The notes under the pieces: generated by a model
The model's database searches: none
What the model was told of the DNA's origin: nothing
The model's input: only the letters and a program-made list of their open reading frames with translations
Shown here: positions 14,062-28,169 of the stretch, piece after piece
How the letters are laid out: every line of letters starts with the position of its first letter
Position numbering within the stretch: position 1 is the first letter of the stretch
Source: Eledone cirrhosa
Lineage: Eukaryota
Assembly: GCA_964016885.1 (NCBI GenBank)
Contig: OZ024743.1
Coordinates: 302,436,001 to 302,500,000, forward strand
Length of the DNA stretch: 64,000 nt
Direction of reading: 5' to 3'
Translations under genes and position numbers: made by a program

Positions 14062-14226
14062 CTTTGGGTCATGTTTTGGAGTGTCCCTCTGCATAATGTT
14101 GAATATGCGACAAGCGTAACACGGTGCGTGCAAATCAGCTGTGGATCCAACTGAAACATCCATTAATAATATAAGAACCACAAACCAGCTTGTCGATAAA
14201 GGTACTGGCCAGGCACGTAAATCCAT
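14062..14226 (-). CDS. Candidate first coding exon of a secreted protein (signal-peptide-like)
   Basis: ATG at 14226; MDLRAWPVPLSTSWFVVLILLMDVSVGSTADLHAPCYACRIFNIMQRDTPKHDPK; AAG|GTAAAT donor, 165 nt, phase 0. Confidence 0.35.
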
Positions 14227-14539
14227 ATTTGAAAGTAATCCTTTTTAATCCAGGTTAATCCACTGAAAATATAAATTTAAAATGAAAACAATGCGTATTT
14301 CGGAGTGAAATACATTGTTTATGGCATATATACATATATATAAATATATACATATACATATATATATATATATATTTATACATATATATATATAGATATA
14401 CATATACATATATATATATATATATTTATACATATATATATATATAGATATATATACATATATATATATATATACATATATATACATATATATATATATA
14501 CATATATATACATATATATATATACATATATATATATAC

Positions 14540-14570
<31 letters not shown>

Positions 14571-14601
14571 CATATATATACATATATATATATATATATA
14601 G

Positions 14602-14651
<50 letters not shown>

Positions 14652-15556
14652 GTGTGTGGTTGTGAGGGTGCATGTATGTATACCAAAAATAATACTATAG
14701 TAGAAAGTTTACAATTTGCTTACATCTTTGAGTGTTCCTGATAAGTTTTTATTTAGTGTCGCTTTCAAAACATTATAGTAATATTATACAAACCTAGATA
14801 TGTGTAAAAGAGAGTGTATATCATTCGAAACAAATTATATAACTGATCTACAGCAGGATTATATATGAATCCACAATCGTCAGTTAATTCCGATTTAAAA
14901 ATCTTGTTTCTACAACCTGATAGTTGTAAAGAGGTTCAAGGTTCGTTATGTCAACCGGATACCACATCGATGATACATATAAGTACAGCTGCAATCCCTA
15001 CTGCTAGAATAACATACATTTAGATAGTGTCACCTATACTAACCTACAAAAGTTATGCGAAATCTCATTATATTAAACCATATTTTATAAAACGAACATG
15101 AAAAGAACTGCTACTCATGTTAATTAACATATCTATTTCAATTATTTTTACCTAAATTAATAGAAAACTTTAATGGAGTTTAGATAGAATACAATTCATG
15201 AATTAACAATTCTGAGGTAAGAATTGTACTCGAACATATGCCAGAGATAATATAACATTGGCTTTTATTGTTGGAGATATTGTTACAGTTATTATTTTTC
15301 TGATAATTGTAAGCTCTGAGATTAGTTTAACAGAATTAGTAATGAATCAGAAATCATTTTTGATTAGGTGGAAAGTATATTATGGGATGGAAGGAATATC
15401 TATGTTGGATATTTTTTTTTGTTTTCTTTTAATATGGGTGCATTGAGATTTACAGAGATCTAAGATGGTCCTCCCACATACTACATAGCTAACGATTGCG
15501 ACAAACGAGTTGTGAAAACGTATGTCTCAATCTACATTCTGATGGATTGTCTATAC

Positions 15557-16262
15557 CAACGGTTCTCAACGGGTGGCATATGCACCCTCGGGGGGCGTTT
15601 CGGAACTCCAGGGGGGCGTTTGGTAGCAAGGTCGCGTTAGGGGTGGTGGTGGAGAGGGGGGGGGGGGGGGGGGGGGGTTAGGGTGCTGGAAGGCTCTTTA
15701 TTTTGGTAAGTTTTATAAGCCATATTTGTATGTCTTTGAGACAGCCAGTGTGAATGCATTTGAATGAGCTTGCAGACAGCATAACTATAGTCTGACCGCA
15801 GCTGTGAGCAGGTGTACAGGCATGTCCGGTAATTGAGATCATAAAATGAAAAAAACCCACAGTCAACTGGGTCAAAGACACTTTGAGCGCAGCCAGTTAG
15901 AATCTTATTTTTCCTTCACCGATAACAATGTATTTCATGTCTGAAATTATTGACTCAACTGCAACGAGTTAACACTATGTAGACCTATTTTATTCCCCAT
16001 TGTATAAATAATGTTACAAATAAAAAAAAATAAAATAAAAAACACAACCGAGTAGCACACACATCTAGGACCACGCACATACAACACATAATTAGATAAT
16101 ACACACATATTTGGAATATTGTTAATCATTTTTTTAGTAAACTACTGATGTAAAAATCAGTAGTATATTGAAAAATGGAAAAATTGGTGGGGGGGCGTTT
16201 CATAATTTCGAGGGACAAAAGTGGGCGTTTGGCGTTTGGCCTAAATGGGTTGAGAACCTGTG
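15557..16262. mobile_element. Non-autonomous hAT (Charlie-like) DNA transposon
   Basis: TIRs CAACGGTTCTCAAC / GTTGAGAACCTGTG; perfect 8-bp TSD GTCTATAC at 15549-15556 and 16263-16270; subterminal GGGCGTTT repeats. Confidence 0.9.
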
Positions 16263-16481
16263 GTCTATACCATTGTTTTATCACTAATGGACATTGATAT
16301 ATATAGGGGCATTATATTAACAACAGCCAAACGGTGAATGAAAATATTAACTGCGTACTTTTTATTTAGACGTATTGAAATTCATTTTTTTCGGTAGGGA
16401 CCCTTTCATATAAACATAATTAAACACAGACACACACAAACACACACACACATACACACACACACACATATATATATATAT

Positions 16482-18300
16482 AACGAAGGAGTTGTGGTAA
16501 GGAACCAGATGAACCATAACGCACCAGAGTACGCAATATTTAGGGTAGTAGAGGGGGTAATAGGAGAAAGTATGACTCCGACGGCAGGGCTCAAGCCGTT
16601 TCGACGGCTACTTCCGGACTAAAGTAAGAGTTTTTTGGGGGGTCTGGTAAATAAATAGTAGAACTTTTCAAGGGGTATTTCCTTATATGGGAAGATTGTA
16701 GTTGTCAAGAGGATTGGTCAAAATTTGTAGCAGACACAGAAAAGTCTATCATGGCAGTGGGTGCGGGGTGGGAGTGGCTGAACTTGCCTGAAGAACATAG
16801 GGGAGTTGGTAGAGCCGCTCAAGCGTTGAAGGTGGAATCTACGCGGCAAATTCTAAGGAATGTGTATGAAAGTAGGCCAGGGGAGGTAGGCGAAAAAAGG
16901 TTTCTCTAGAAAATTGAGGAGGGACGTTATAGAACAGTTATATCAAATGAGATTAGGCGACAAAGACAAAATATAATAAAAAAGAATAAATATAAAAAAA
17001 AGAATATAATAAAGTGAGAGACAGATATATCAGACTGTAAAATTGGAAAGTGAGATGTTAAATAAAACAAAAACTAAGGAGTATAACACAGCTGCTATAT
17101 TTAGTTGGTGCTGCTTGTTCGGCCAATGCTATAGAATGGATTGCTAGATGAGAATTATTGAAAATTTAGAATTGGGTATTAAAAATTAATACCACATCTC
17201 AGGGGTCTAACGCAGCTGCTATTGATTAGTTAGTATAGCGTAATCGGCGAATGCTATCTGTAAGTTACTGGGGTGGAGGTAGTGAGGCTAAAGTGGCCCG
17301 ATGGGCTGTCTCGGATTAGGCGAAAGGGGAAAAAAACAAAGGAACGAACGAGGAAGAAGATCGGTGGTGTAAAGAAGTGATAGGAGGAGACAAAGGGAAG
17401 AAGAAAAGAAAAGGGACACATCTACCTATATAAGTTGGGGTGTTCCCTATCTTATTCGGCAAGTGGGTTTTTTCGCCCTTGTCTACCCATACAGATCGTT
17501 AGTGGGTTTAAGGGTGAGGTAAGTCTTCCGCAATCTGTGTTTGCATGCAGTTAGCAGTTCATCTTTTGTGTTTAGGAGTTGATCCTTCGTAAACAGCATT
17601 TCCTCCGAGCATAAGTTAGATGGACGGTGTCCTCCCGTGTGAGGGTTAGTTCTGGACAGTAAGATCCAGGTAAGATGGTAAGTTATATTATTATCTTGGA
17701 GGTCCCAGATATGGCGCGAAAGTGTGGTGACATGTCACCGGACCGGGTTTCGGAACGTATGTCGCTGTTGGTAGAGCCGGGTCTTAAAATCACAAGCGGT
17801 TAACACTATATAAGCTTTGTTACAGGAGTCCGTCCTCACGTTGCACTGGTAGATCACGTTACGTTCTCGGCATCTGTTACTGAGGGGGCACGTAGATCCA
17901 TCAGAGCAGTTACACCTACTGGTCGGCTCTCCACTAATTTCTAGGTTGTTTCTTCCATAGGGGTTGTGTTTGTTGTTGTTTTGTTCGAAATTAGGTGTGG
18001 AGCTGCAGGATAGCTTGATAATGCTTTTGTCGTAGCGGTGTTCTGGTGGACGGTGTTTTTCTAGGAGCCTAAATAAGATTTTCCCGATAGGTGTTGTCAC
18101 TTTGGCATTGTGGGGAGGATTGAACCACGTTATATTTTTTATTTGTCCCCTAATCTCATTTGATTTACCTTTTCTATAACGTCCCTCCTCCATTTTCTAA
18201 AGAAACCTGTTTTCGCCTACCTCCTCTAGCCTCTTACTTTAGTCCAGAAATAGCCGTCGAAACGGCTTGAGCTCTGCATTCGGGGTCATACTTTCTCCTA
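16482..18300 (-). mobile_element. 5'-truncated Penelope-like element (Hydra-like): linker, GIY-YIG and 3' UTR/pLTR, with an inverted pLTR piece at 18170-18300
   Basis: ITWFNPP..IGKILFRLLEKH..CNCSDGSTCPLSNRC..NVIY..YIVLTACDFKTRL..IWDLQD..LLNTKDELLTACKH; 18170-18231 is the reverse complement of ~16875-16935; (TA)n at both ends. Confidence 0.9.
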
Positions 18301-19479
18301 TATATATATAAACAGATAACAAAATTAGCAGTGGAGGTGTGTGTTCTGAAAGTGGAGTAGCCAGAGTGAGAAAGTAATGTCAGATTTTCAGGGTGTTATA
18401 TAGACATTTCATGAACTTGGCACTTGATCTCAAAAATACCCAGCGTCATTTGATCACCATGATTATTCGCAAAACAAGAACATGCTGATTTTGAACATGG
18501 CGAGCTGTCAACATAGGCCGCTACGAATAGGCTCTGACATATTTCTCCACCAGTGTCTGAGACTGTATACGGCGCTTTATTCAAAGTGTCATGAATGTAG
18601 ATTTAATGTCATTCAACATGCATCCAGTACGTCATTTACTGTGTTGTTCGATCAATCATAACGCATTGCAGTGAAGAGGACATTACTATTAATATGCTAT
18701 GAGGGCTTAGTTTTGTGTATGTTGGAATTTAAAATATTCTGTAATCTACGTTGAGCTCCTGTGAAAATAATCTAGACAAAGAAGACTACAATATGTATAT
18801 TTGTATAATAACAAGAATATCGGACATTTTTCTATCCTTGTCAGGTTAATGCAGTTTAGGCGTCTATATTAGTATATTTTATTATTTGGTGATTTGATTG
18901 TTTAATAAAATTGTGTGTATCTCCTGAGAAAAGAGTCAAGGATAATATATTGGTTGTCATACAAGATAAAAGAGAGTGGGATTTGTAGTATGATTCAGTG
19001 TTGGAAAATTGAAAAACGTAAATGCGAAAGACATAAAAACTGAACTATGAATGTTATAGGAGACCACGTCCTAAATACGAAAGGGACATCAAAGGTTAAA
19101 TTAGTCGTCGTATATATAGGTATGACATGCGATAACGGCAATAGGAACTATTATACAATTACATCATAACAACAACGTTCTATTACTTCCTATTACCTTT
19201 AACGTTTTGCCTAACTACTCTCACAACTACTTACTTAACATTCGATATTCCTCCATTATCAACGACCTGAACTCAACTAACAATCTGGTGTTTGGTTTTA
19301 CTATGTTCAATTTATTTGTTAAATCATTGCACCTATGTTTAACATATCTACATGATATAATCTTTCAATTTAATCCAATACATTTTCGTTTTCATGTCTT
19401 ACTACAAGTCCTACTACATATATTATTATATTACAACCGATTGTCTTTTGTGGATAATGGAATTACGGATGTATATTGA

Positions 19480-20450
19480 ACAATGATTCTTAATCGAAAC
19501 CCTTCACTGGGGGAGTCTGACTCCAACAAGGGTGCGACCTGTCATCTCTAAGGTTCACTATATACATGAAGATTTTAGACATGCTCACCCGGGCTGGAAG
19601 AAGTATCATGACTGGCAGGTGTAAAACACCTCACCTGGAATTTTTAGATGACATAGAGTTACTTTAATTGAGAGAAGATGATTTCCGACATGCAATTGAA
19701 AAGTGTGATGCCGAGTGGTGGTTGGCTGGAATGAAAATCAGTGCTGCGAAAACTGAGACATGCATCCTCCCAAGGAGGGATTCGCAGTGCACAATACATG
19801 TGAATGAAGTTCAATTTCAGCAGGTGGAGAAGTACAAGTAACTCGAGGTCATGGTAGCGAGTGATGGGAAGCTGAATTAATTGCAAGAATTGCAGGAGCT
19901 GGTGCAGTAATGAACAATCTTCAACATTCGGTAATCGGAAGACGAGGTAGGCGCAAACTCATTATCTTCAATGAGGTGTCCGTGTTATCCTTTATCTGTG
20001 GTTATAACTGATACGTAATGAGCGAAAGAATACAGTCGCTAACAACAGCGGCAGAAATGGGATTCCTCCGAAAGGTATTTGGAGTAAAGTTACTAGCTAG
20101 ATGCGTAGCTCGGAGATCAGAGCCACTCTAGATAGAGCCGCTACGCCACGCAATGAAGATATCACAGCTCCGACACTATGGTTTGAATGTATGAGGGATG
20201 AATCGCTGCAGAGATTTTACGGGCAAAACCAACCTGCAGGAGACCAAGAGTCAGACCACGTGTTAGAAAGATGGATAACATCCATATGCCTAAGGGACTT
20301 GCTATGGGATCCAGCAATATCAGTTGCAGACGGTTGCATCTCGCAGGACGCGTTGGAAGGAGTGTGTGAGGACTCTGCCCCCACGTCCTTTCCAGGAATA
20401 TTTGGGGGAAGAATCTTACAACGATCGTATTGTCATACATTCCTCCTCAC
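19480..20450 (+). mobile_element. RTE/RTE-X LINE reverse transcriptase fragment, decayed
   Basis: LQQGCDLSSLRFTIYM (RT motif B), FLDDI (motif C), QQVEKYK, AAEMGFLRKVFGV, RSSEIR, RWITSI, RTRWK. Confidence 0.75.
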
Positions 20451-20515
20451 TTTCAATTGCTTTGGTCTTCACCTGCTACTTTAACAATACTTCAGCGCAG
20501 GTACCATCATGCGCC

Positions 20516-20615
<100 letters not shown>

Positions 20616-20652
20616 CTCTCTCTTTCCTTCTGTCTCATTCTCTGTATATATC

Positions 20653-21176
<524 letters not shown>

Positions 21177-21222
21177 ATTGGTGTTGGATACTTTCGTCGC
21201 AACACTGATTTTCTTTTTTCTA

Positions 21223-21284
<62 letters not shown>

Positions 21285-21505
21285 GCAACAGGTGTCAATA
21301 TGAATGGACCTGTTAATGTTATCTAAAGACATGTTTTCCTCTGCCCTCCCGTCCGCCCCCTCAATCTATCTTATCTCTCAATCTTTCTTCTGATGAAGTA
21401 GTAGCGCCCGAAACGAGAACACCCTCTTACAGTTATATTAAGCGATAACCTAATATATCCCTTCCCTATAATGTACCGATCGTCTTGTTATTTCTGTTTA
21501 CCTTT

Positions 21506-21546
<41 letters not shown>

Positions 21547-22041
21547 TATATATATATTCTTTTATTTGTTTAACTCAGTAGACTGCAACTGTGCTGGGCT
21601 ACTGCTTTAATGTAGTCGATCGAATGAAAAACGTAAAAAGATACGTATTCGTATCAGAAACAGGAACTAATTTGAATATATATTTGTTCGTAAATATTGA
21701 ATACAACCCGAATATCATTTACCTAATTCGCAGTCTATTGGTAAACCGTACTCTGTTTCAAAATATATATCTCTATTTCGCAGGCAGTGCACTTCACCCT
21801 GCTGATTTCAAATTATCTCTATTTTGTTTCACATCTCCATCTAGTAGATTATATTTTTTGTTCTGCCAAACTGAACTGAAGGTTGTAATATCTCAACAAC
21901 TGTGATGGGTGAAATATGATGATATATGAATGGATGGCTTGTTCAGGGAACGTTTAACAAGCTGTAAACTAAATACAGATTGTAGGGGCTGTTAAGTAAT
22001 ACATACTCCACTTCCCCGTCTGTGAACAACTGTTAAGAATA

Positions 22042-22180
22042 ATTGTTTCTACTTTTGGCACAAGGCCAGCAATTACCCAATACATTAATGGTACTTTATT
22101 TTATCGACACCGAAATGATGAAAGGCAAAGTTATCCTCGGCTTTGAACTCAGAATGGCAAGGGCCGTAAATCTATGCTAC
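22042..22180 (-). mobile_element. tRNA-derived SINE (family A, octopus-type), partial
   Basis: Reverse complement of the 22408 unit (GTACTTTATTTTATCGAC..GATGAAAGGCAAAG). Confidence 0.8.
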
Positions 22181-22407
22181 TGTTAAGAATAATACGGATT
22201 CGCATGGGCTACGAAAAAAGAAACACCGGAGCGCTCTGTCTCATAATATATAGACTGTATTGAATTTGGAAATGTATATAACATTCTCATTTCTTCAGAA
22301 GCTAACTGATGAAGTCCTGTTTGCTGGGTGCGTAATTACTGCATTATACATTGCAGTTTCTGAGTAAAATGTAAAATGAATATCTGGCCTTCACAATTAT
22401 CGTTGGA

Positions 22408-23149
22408 TTGGCAGTATCGGTAGAGGGTCGGACGCCATGCTTCCCAGCATAGTTACGTCCCTTTACGATTTGAGTTCAAACCCCGCCGAGGTTGACTTTG
22501 CCTTTCATCCTTACGGGGTCGATAAAATAAAGTACCAGTAATGCACTGGGTTATTGCTGGCTTTGTGCCAAAAGTAGAAACAATTATTATTCCCGCCGAG
22601 GATTGGCAGTATCGGTAAGAGGGTCGGACGCCATGCTTTCCAGCATAGTTACGTCCCTTTACGATCTGAGTTCAAATTCCGCCGAGGTTGACTTTGCCTT
22701 TCATCCTTACGGAGTCGATAACATAAAGTACCAGTAATGCACTGGGTTATTGCTGGCTTTGTGCCAAAAGTAGAAACAATTATTATTCCCGCCGAGGATT
22801 GGCAGTATCGGTAAGAGGGTCGGACGCCATGCTTTCCAGCATAGTTACGTCCCTTTACGATCTGAGTTCAAATTCCGCCGAGGTTGACTTTGCCTTTCAT
22901 CCTTACGGAGTCGATAAAATAAATTACCAGTAATACACTGTATAATTGCTGGCCTTGTGACAAAAGTAGAAACAATTATTATCAGTAGAGGGTCGGACGC
23001 CATGCTTTGCCGCAAAGAGTTACGGCCGTTTATGGTCCGAGTTCAAATCCCGCCGACGTTAACTTTGCCTCTCATCCTTACGGGGTCGATAAATTAATAC
23101 ACTGGCATAATTGCTGGCCTTGTGCTAAAAGTAGAAACAATTATTATTA
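22408..23149 (+). mobile_element. Tandem array of family A tRNA-SINEs: three 196-bp units and a fourth diverged copy
   Basis: Units start at 22408, 22604, 22800 and ~22985; A-box TGGCAGTATCGG, B-box GAGTTCAAATTCC, core GACTTTGCCTTTCATCC..GTCGATAAAATAAAGTACCAG. Confidence 0.9.
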
Positions 23150-25452
23150 GAATAATCTGTCAGGACTACCAACTCGCATTTGGAAGGATATATATATGTT
23201 GTTGAGTTGTTGAAACCTATTGCCCTATCGTTCAAAGATTGCAATGTTCCATACACAGACACGTCTATCTATGTACCTTACGGACGTAGTTTATCGGTTC
23301 TAGTATCATGCGTTCAAACAAGGTTTAAGGCATATTAGGAAATTGTCAATCTCCATACTCGTAGAAATATATAGCGGTAGAAATATATAGCCGTTGAAAA
23401 ACATGTTTTAATATGTTTCAATAAATAGGTAGTAAGTTTTAAAACAATAATGTAATGATTTATTGATATTGAAAACAGCTGTCATAATATTTTCAAGTCC
23501 TAACATTTATAATTTGAATGTATGAATCAGAATTAATAGACTATATATAATCCACATGTTGGTGTCAGTTACAGGGGGTTATTTATGATAAATATAAAAT
23601 ATATACTTATACATCATAAAACTTCTATTGGCCTTTGGAAATGAATGCTAGACAACAATAATTAATTGAGGTTGACTGTTTATGTGGTAGTGAATTAAGA
23701 GTATCCAATGAATTGTTCTGGTCGTGAGCCTACATTCGAGATTCTTCTCTCGATTACAATCAATACGCTGATGTCGAATTTAATAGTCACCGACGGTGAG
23801 TTACATGCCATTAGCTTTAGCAATCAAATCCTGCAGCTTGTCATCATTTATGGGTCAATAACATAAGTACCAGTCAAATTAATGGAGGGATTTAATTAAC
23901 TCTAGCCAATACATAACTGTACATATAACGTGTGCATATACTGAAAATTAATTTTATTACCTGTAAAGCAGATAGAATGTATAAATACTTACAGCATTAG
24001 AGGCCATAGGTAGGGACACACACAAAGACATAAAGACACGCCTGATAGCGTTACTTGAATAACTTATAACCGATTTTATTTTTAAAAGCAGAATAAATAA
24101 AACTCTATTTCACTCAAACATAATTTTCTCATACTAATTTTACAATTAAATTAAATGTTTCGACTAATTTAATAAGCTCAATATATTTCTGTAATTTTAT
24201 CTCATACATATAGATGGATGAATTTTCCGATATCAACAAATGTTTGGGATCTATCTCTCCTACGACAAATATGCTTTCAAATGATTATCGTATGCCTAAT
24301 GCTCAAATTGGTAATGTTATCCTGTTGCCTGTAGACGACAAACAATATAAAGACGGTAACAGTTTGTTTTTACATTTCAGATTATAGGCATTACATTAAC
24401 TTCTACACGTTCAATTAACATACATACAGTTGATATAACACTTACTCATCAATTATCTCAAACATATGCTTACGCGAATATTATCGTTATCTCTCTAATG
24501 TGATATTTCCTGATGTTTGGGACATATATTTTGTCTTATTCCAAATATAGGCCCCACAGCTGTCATAAAAGCTATCGCAAACGTGAGTCAGATAGTCATC
24601 AAGAAAAGCTTCATACTTCAACTTGAATAACTCTCACTCAATGACAACTATTAGTTCTTTAGTAAAACCAAATGTAAGGGTTTACGCTCTCCGATATCAT
24701 CCACCAACAAGCTCTTGTCTTTGAAAAATTTGTAAAAATTAAACCAAACAGTTTATTAAGAATGACGGTTACGACCGTGTCTGGGACACCGAACATATTA
24801 ATAAAATGTCTTCCAGCACTTTTGTTTGGTATATTTATATTTGATTTGACGAATGCTACATCCACTCAGGAACGATATATGTAGTCATCTCTTAGCTCAT
24901 ATTACAACATACACTAATCACTTCTCATTTCTAATTATGTTGTACATCACCCTTCTGGAATTACTTCCGTTGAAATTATTTAACTATATTTGAGATCATT
25001 ATGAGTATTGAGATTGCAAAGAACATATTCAAACTCTTTTTGTTACAAAGCAAAACCCACTAATGATAATTTCAGCCTTTACCTAAATGAATACAATATT
25101 ATTATTTTATTGTTGTAGTTGTCTTTCGAAATCTTTGCACGCTGAAATGTTGCTCTTAGGTTTTGCTCATTTTTCATTTTATATTTACTTCTAATGAATT
25201 GTTTGTTATTCTTAATCACTTGATTATAATGTCCACCTGCTTGTATCACACAATAGACAGCTTATATTAGCAGCCCTTTAGTGTATTATATCTGTTTTAA
25301 TTAATTTTGATTTTTCTAGCTAAAATATCAAGCAAGGTAATCTCCACACATAGAATGTAACAGATAGCTTTGATTATACGCTAGGAGCAAAAGACACGAG
25401 ACATTTTTACTGACGATCATAACTTCACCTTCAACCAGTCCCATATTACTAG

Positions 25453-25860
25453 AAGACTAGCACTACTAACATTACCAGCCAATACCAGCTGTCTCACTAC
25501 AACAAAAAAAAAAGGAGTTACGAGAAGAATGAGAAAAATGAAAACACAGCCAATGTCACTAACAACAACAGTTCAACCATAGACGCTCCTGCAAATACTA
25601 AACTCATGTTAACAAAATATTACAGCCGGAACATTACCATTAATACCGTGCGTGCATCGAAGAGTGGGAGCTTCAACGCAAAATCTAGCGGAAATACGAT
25701 GATTACCAACTTAAGCGTCTTTGCTGGGAGTGCATTTCCTGTTACTCAACAGATATCAATAGATACGGTTGAAATAACTAAAATGAGGTATACCGGAATT
25801 GCCCTAGAAGGTCAGGGCAATATTACGTGTTTTGTGGTCAATGTGAACGTTTCTGTGTAG
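25453..25860 (+). other. 135-codon stop-free Thr/Asn/Ser-rich frame (possible glycoprotein exon or remnant)
   Basis: Open from the TAG at 25450-25452 to the TAG ending at 25860; multiple N-x-S/T sequons. Confidence 0.25.
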
Positions 25861-27118
25861 TTGACAAGAAGAGAAACCTTAAAGCTAGACATTGTCCTTG
25901 TTGGTCAGACCATCATAATCGTTTTCAAGTTTCATTTGAAATAGAAATTGAGGCTAGAGTGTGACGTGTTGCCTTCCAGCATTTGCGGAAGGTAACATGT
26001 CGTACTCTAGCATCAATGTCAGGTGGATGAACGTCGAACATGAAATATGTGACCAGGCGTGATTTGTGATATATTTGTAAGTATGCTAGATGCATGACCA
26101 AATATTATGCGTCAAGTAATCAGGCATATATCTGAAAACTTAAATGTTTGAACCCTAAACGTACTTGCGCTTTCATACATAGGCGAATGTGATTAAAAGA
26201 AAGAACATGCATCCATTTATAGTTTGAAGAATGCCTTCTACTTAAACGTATGTATTTATATTTCCATTTGTGTGTTTGGTGAAATATTGAGGGAAAGAGA
26301 AAAGAAGTGGAAAGAAAGAGTCAAAGACATTGTGAACGTATTAAACTGTAATTATTTTCCATGATTGACATATGACAAAATAGCGAACAAAACGAAAGTG
26401 ATATGTTAACATTTCTCTTTACTTTTGTATTACAGAAGTTTTGGTTTTCGAAAATAAGACGTGATCGAACGAGACGTAGAGAATTCCCGATTATGATAGA
26501 TATTTCAATGTTTACGCTTCTTTTTCACTCTTCTCTCACCCTCTTCATCAATCATTTCTTCTCTCAATTCTTGCCTTGTGATTTTGTTCACTGCATTATT
26601 TTCTCGCTGACACATAACTTTCGAGATATTTTCGCGTATTAATTTCTTCAGAGTAGTTGACTATATATATAGATAGGAAAAATATGTGCAATAACATGCA
26701 AAGCAAAATAAGTCAAACGCTATCGTTGTGGATATCTAATTTATTAACTGAGAGGAACATGAATATGTTTGGCAATTTTTCGCATTTATACCATAAAAAG
26801 CAAGCACAATTATCAGCCACAAAGACATATATCAATAAGATAAAAATGGCTGATATATACACAAAGTACATTGGTAAGATTCATATTAGAATTCTGGTAT
26901 CAGTTATAAGAAACTTCATGACAAAACCTTATATTCTGTATAGATCTAAATTCTTCAACTTAAATATCTCATTTTTTTGAAATTTAACATCGAGACGTCA
27001 AAGTCTTACATTTCACCCTGACCACGTGCTTTTGACTCCACCAAAACCGTTCATTGCAATTATTAGAAATTGCTAATTATTAGTTAGTTGATGTAATAAT
27101 AATAAAACTGGGCAATAA

Positions 27119-27177
<59 letters not shown>

Positions 27178-27178
27178 A

Positions 27179-27298
27179 TTTAGTCCAGAAATAGCCATCG
27201 AAACGAGCCCTGCCATCGGGATCCTGACTATTTTCCCATTACCGACTCTACTACCCAAAGTATGAAGTACCTGATTCCTTACCACACTTCCTTCGTTA
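27179..27298 (+). mobile_element. Solo 3' end of Hydra-like PLE in (TA)n
   Basis: TTTAGTCCAGAAATAGCCATCGAAACG..CCTTACCACACTTCCTTCGTTAT matches the reverse complement of 16482-16620. Confidence 0.75.
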
Positions 27299-27386
27299 TA
27301 TTAATATATATATATATTTTCATATATATATATAGATATGTAAAATAAATCAAAGAACGCCTACATATTCGTACAATTTTTATTTG

Positions 27387-27420
<34 letters not shown>

Positions 27421-28169
27421 AAAATAATTTTTAAATGCAATTAGAATATTTAAGAAGTTTTATTTACAATGCTTATAACTGACCGGTTTGACATGTTTCA
27501 TAATTTTCAAACGTTAAAAGAGAAGTGCGGCTATGCCGAATTGTAACTCGTATCTAACAGATGTTGGGAATTTATTTCAATGTTATGCGAAAAGTTGTAG
27601 CTGAGATTGCAGTATGTTTGATGTACAGTTTTATAAGTTGATGAAGTGTACATAGTTATTTAATTGGTTTGGTAAATTGGCGCCAAAAGTCGAGAGTATC
27701 ATGGGTTTTTCAGGTTTTTGTAGAAAGGTGATTTGTTTATGGAATAATTTCATAGGCTGAGACTCATATTTGATTAGTCTCCGAAGTCGGAAGTACTTTC
27801 GCACCGAGAAAACATATAACAATAGCAATTCATGCCTGTTGTATTCAACTGTCAGTGGTAGTTGGTATTGTTCCAAATAAAACAAGTAGAGGAATTTTAT
27901 TTATGGAAGTGGGTGTTTGTTTCTCTGTGTATGTGTGTGAGTTTCTCTCTCTCTCTCGCTCTCTCTCTATATCTCTCTCTCTCTCCCTCTCTATCTCTCC
28001 ATATGTGTGTGTGTATGTGTGTGTATATGTGTGTGTGTATGTGTGTGAGTGCATGGTGTATGTGTGTGTGTATGTGGGTGTGTGTGTGGGTGTGTTTGTG
28101 TGTGCGTAGGTAGATTATGTTTCCTACAACGTCAGAATAACAACAGTAATAACTAAAACAAAAATAATA

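Noticed and set aside
22408-22485. tRNA genes at SINE heads (also 7100, 42100, 57077, 57480, 59246)
   Set aside because: A/B boxes are present but no convincing cloverleaf, and they continue into shared SINE bodies
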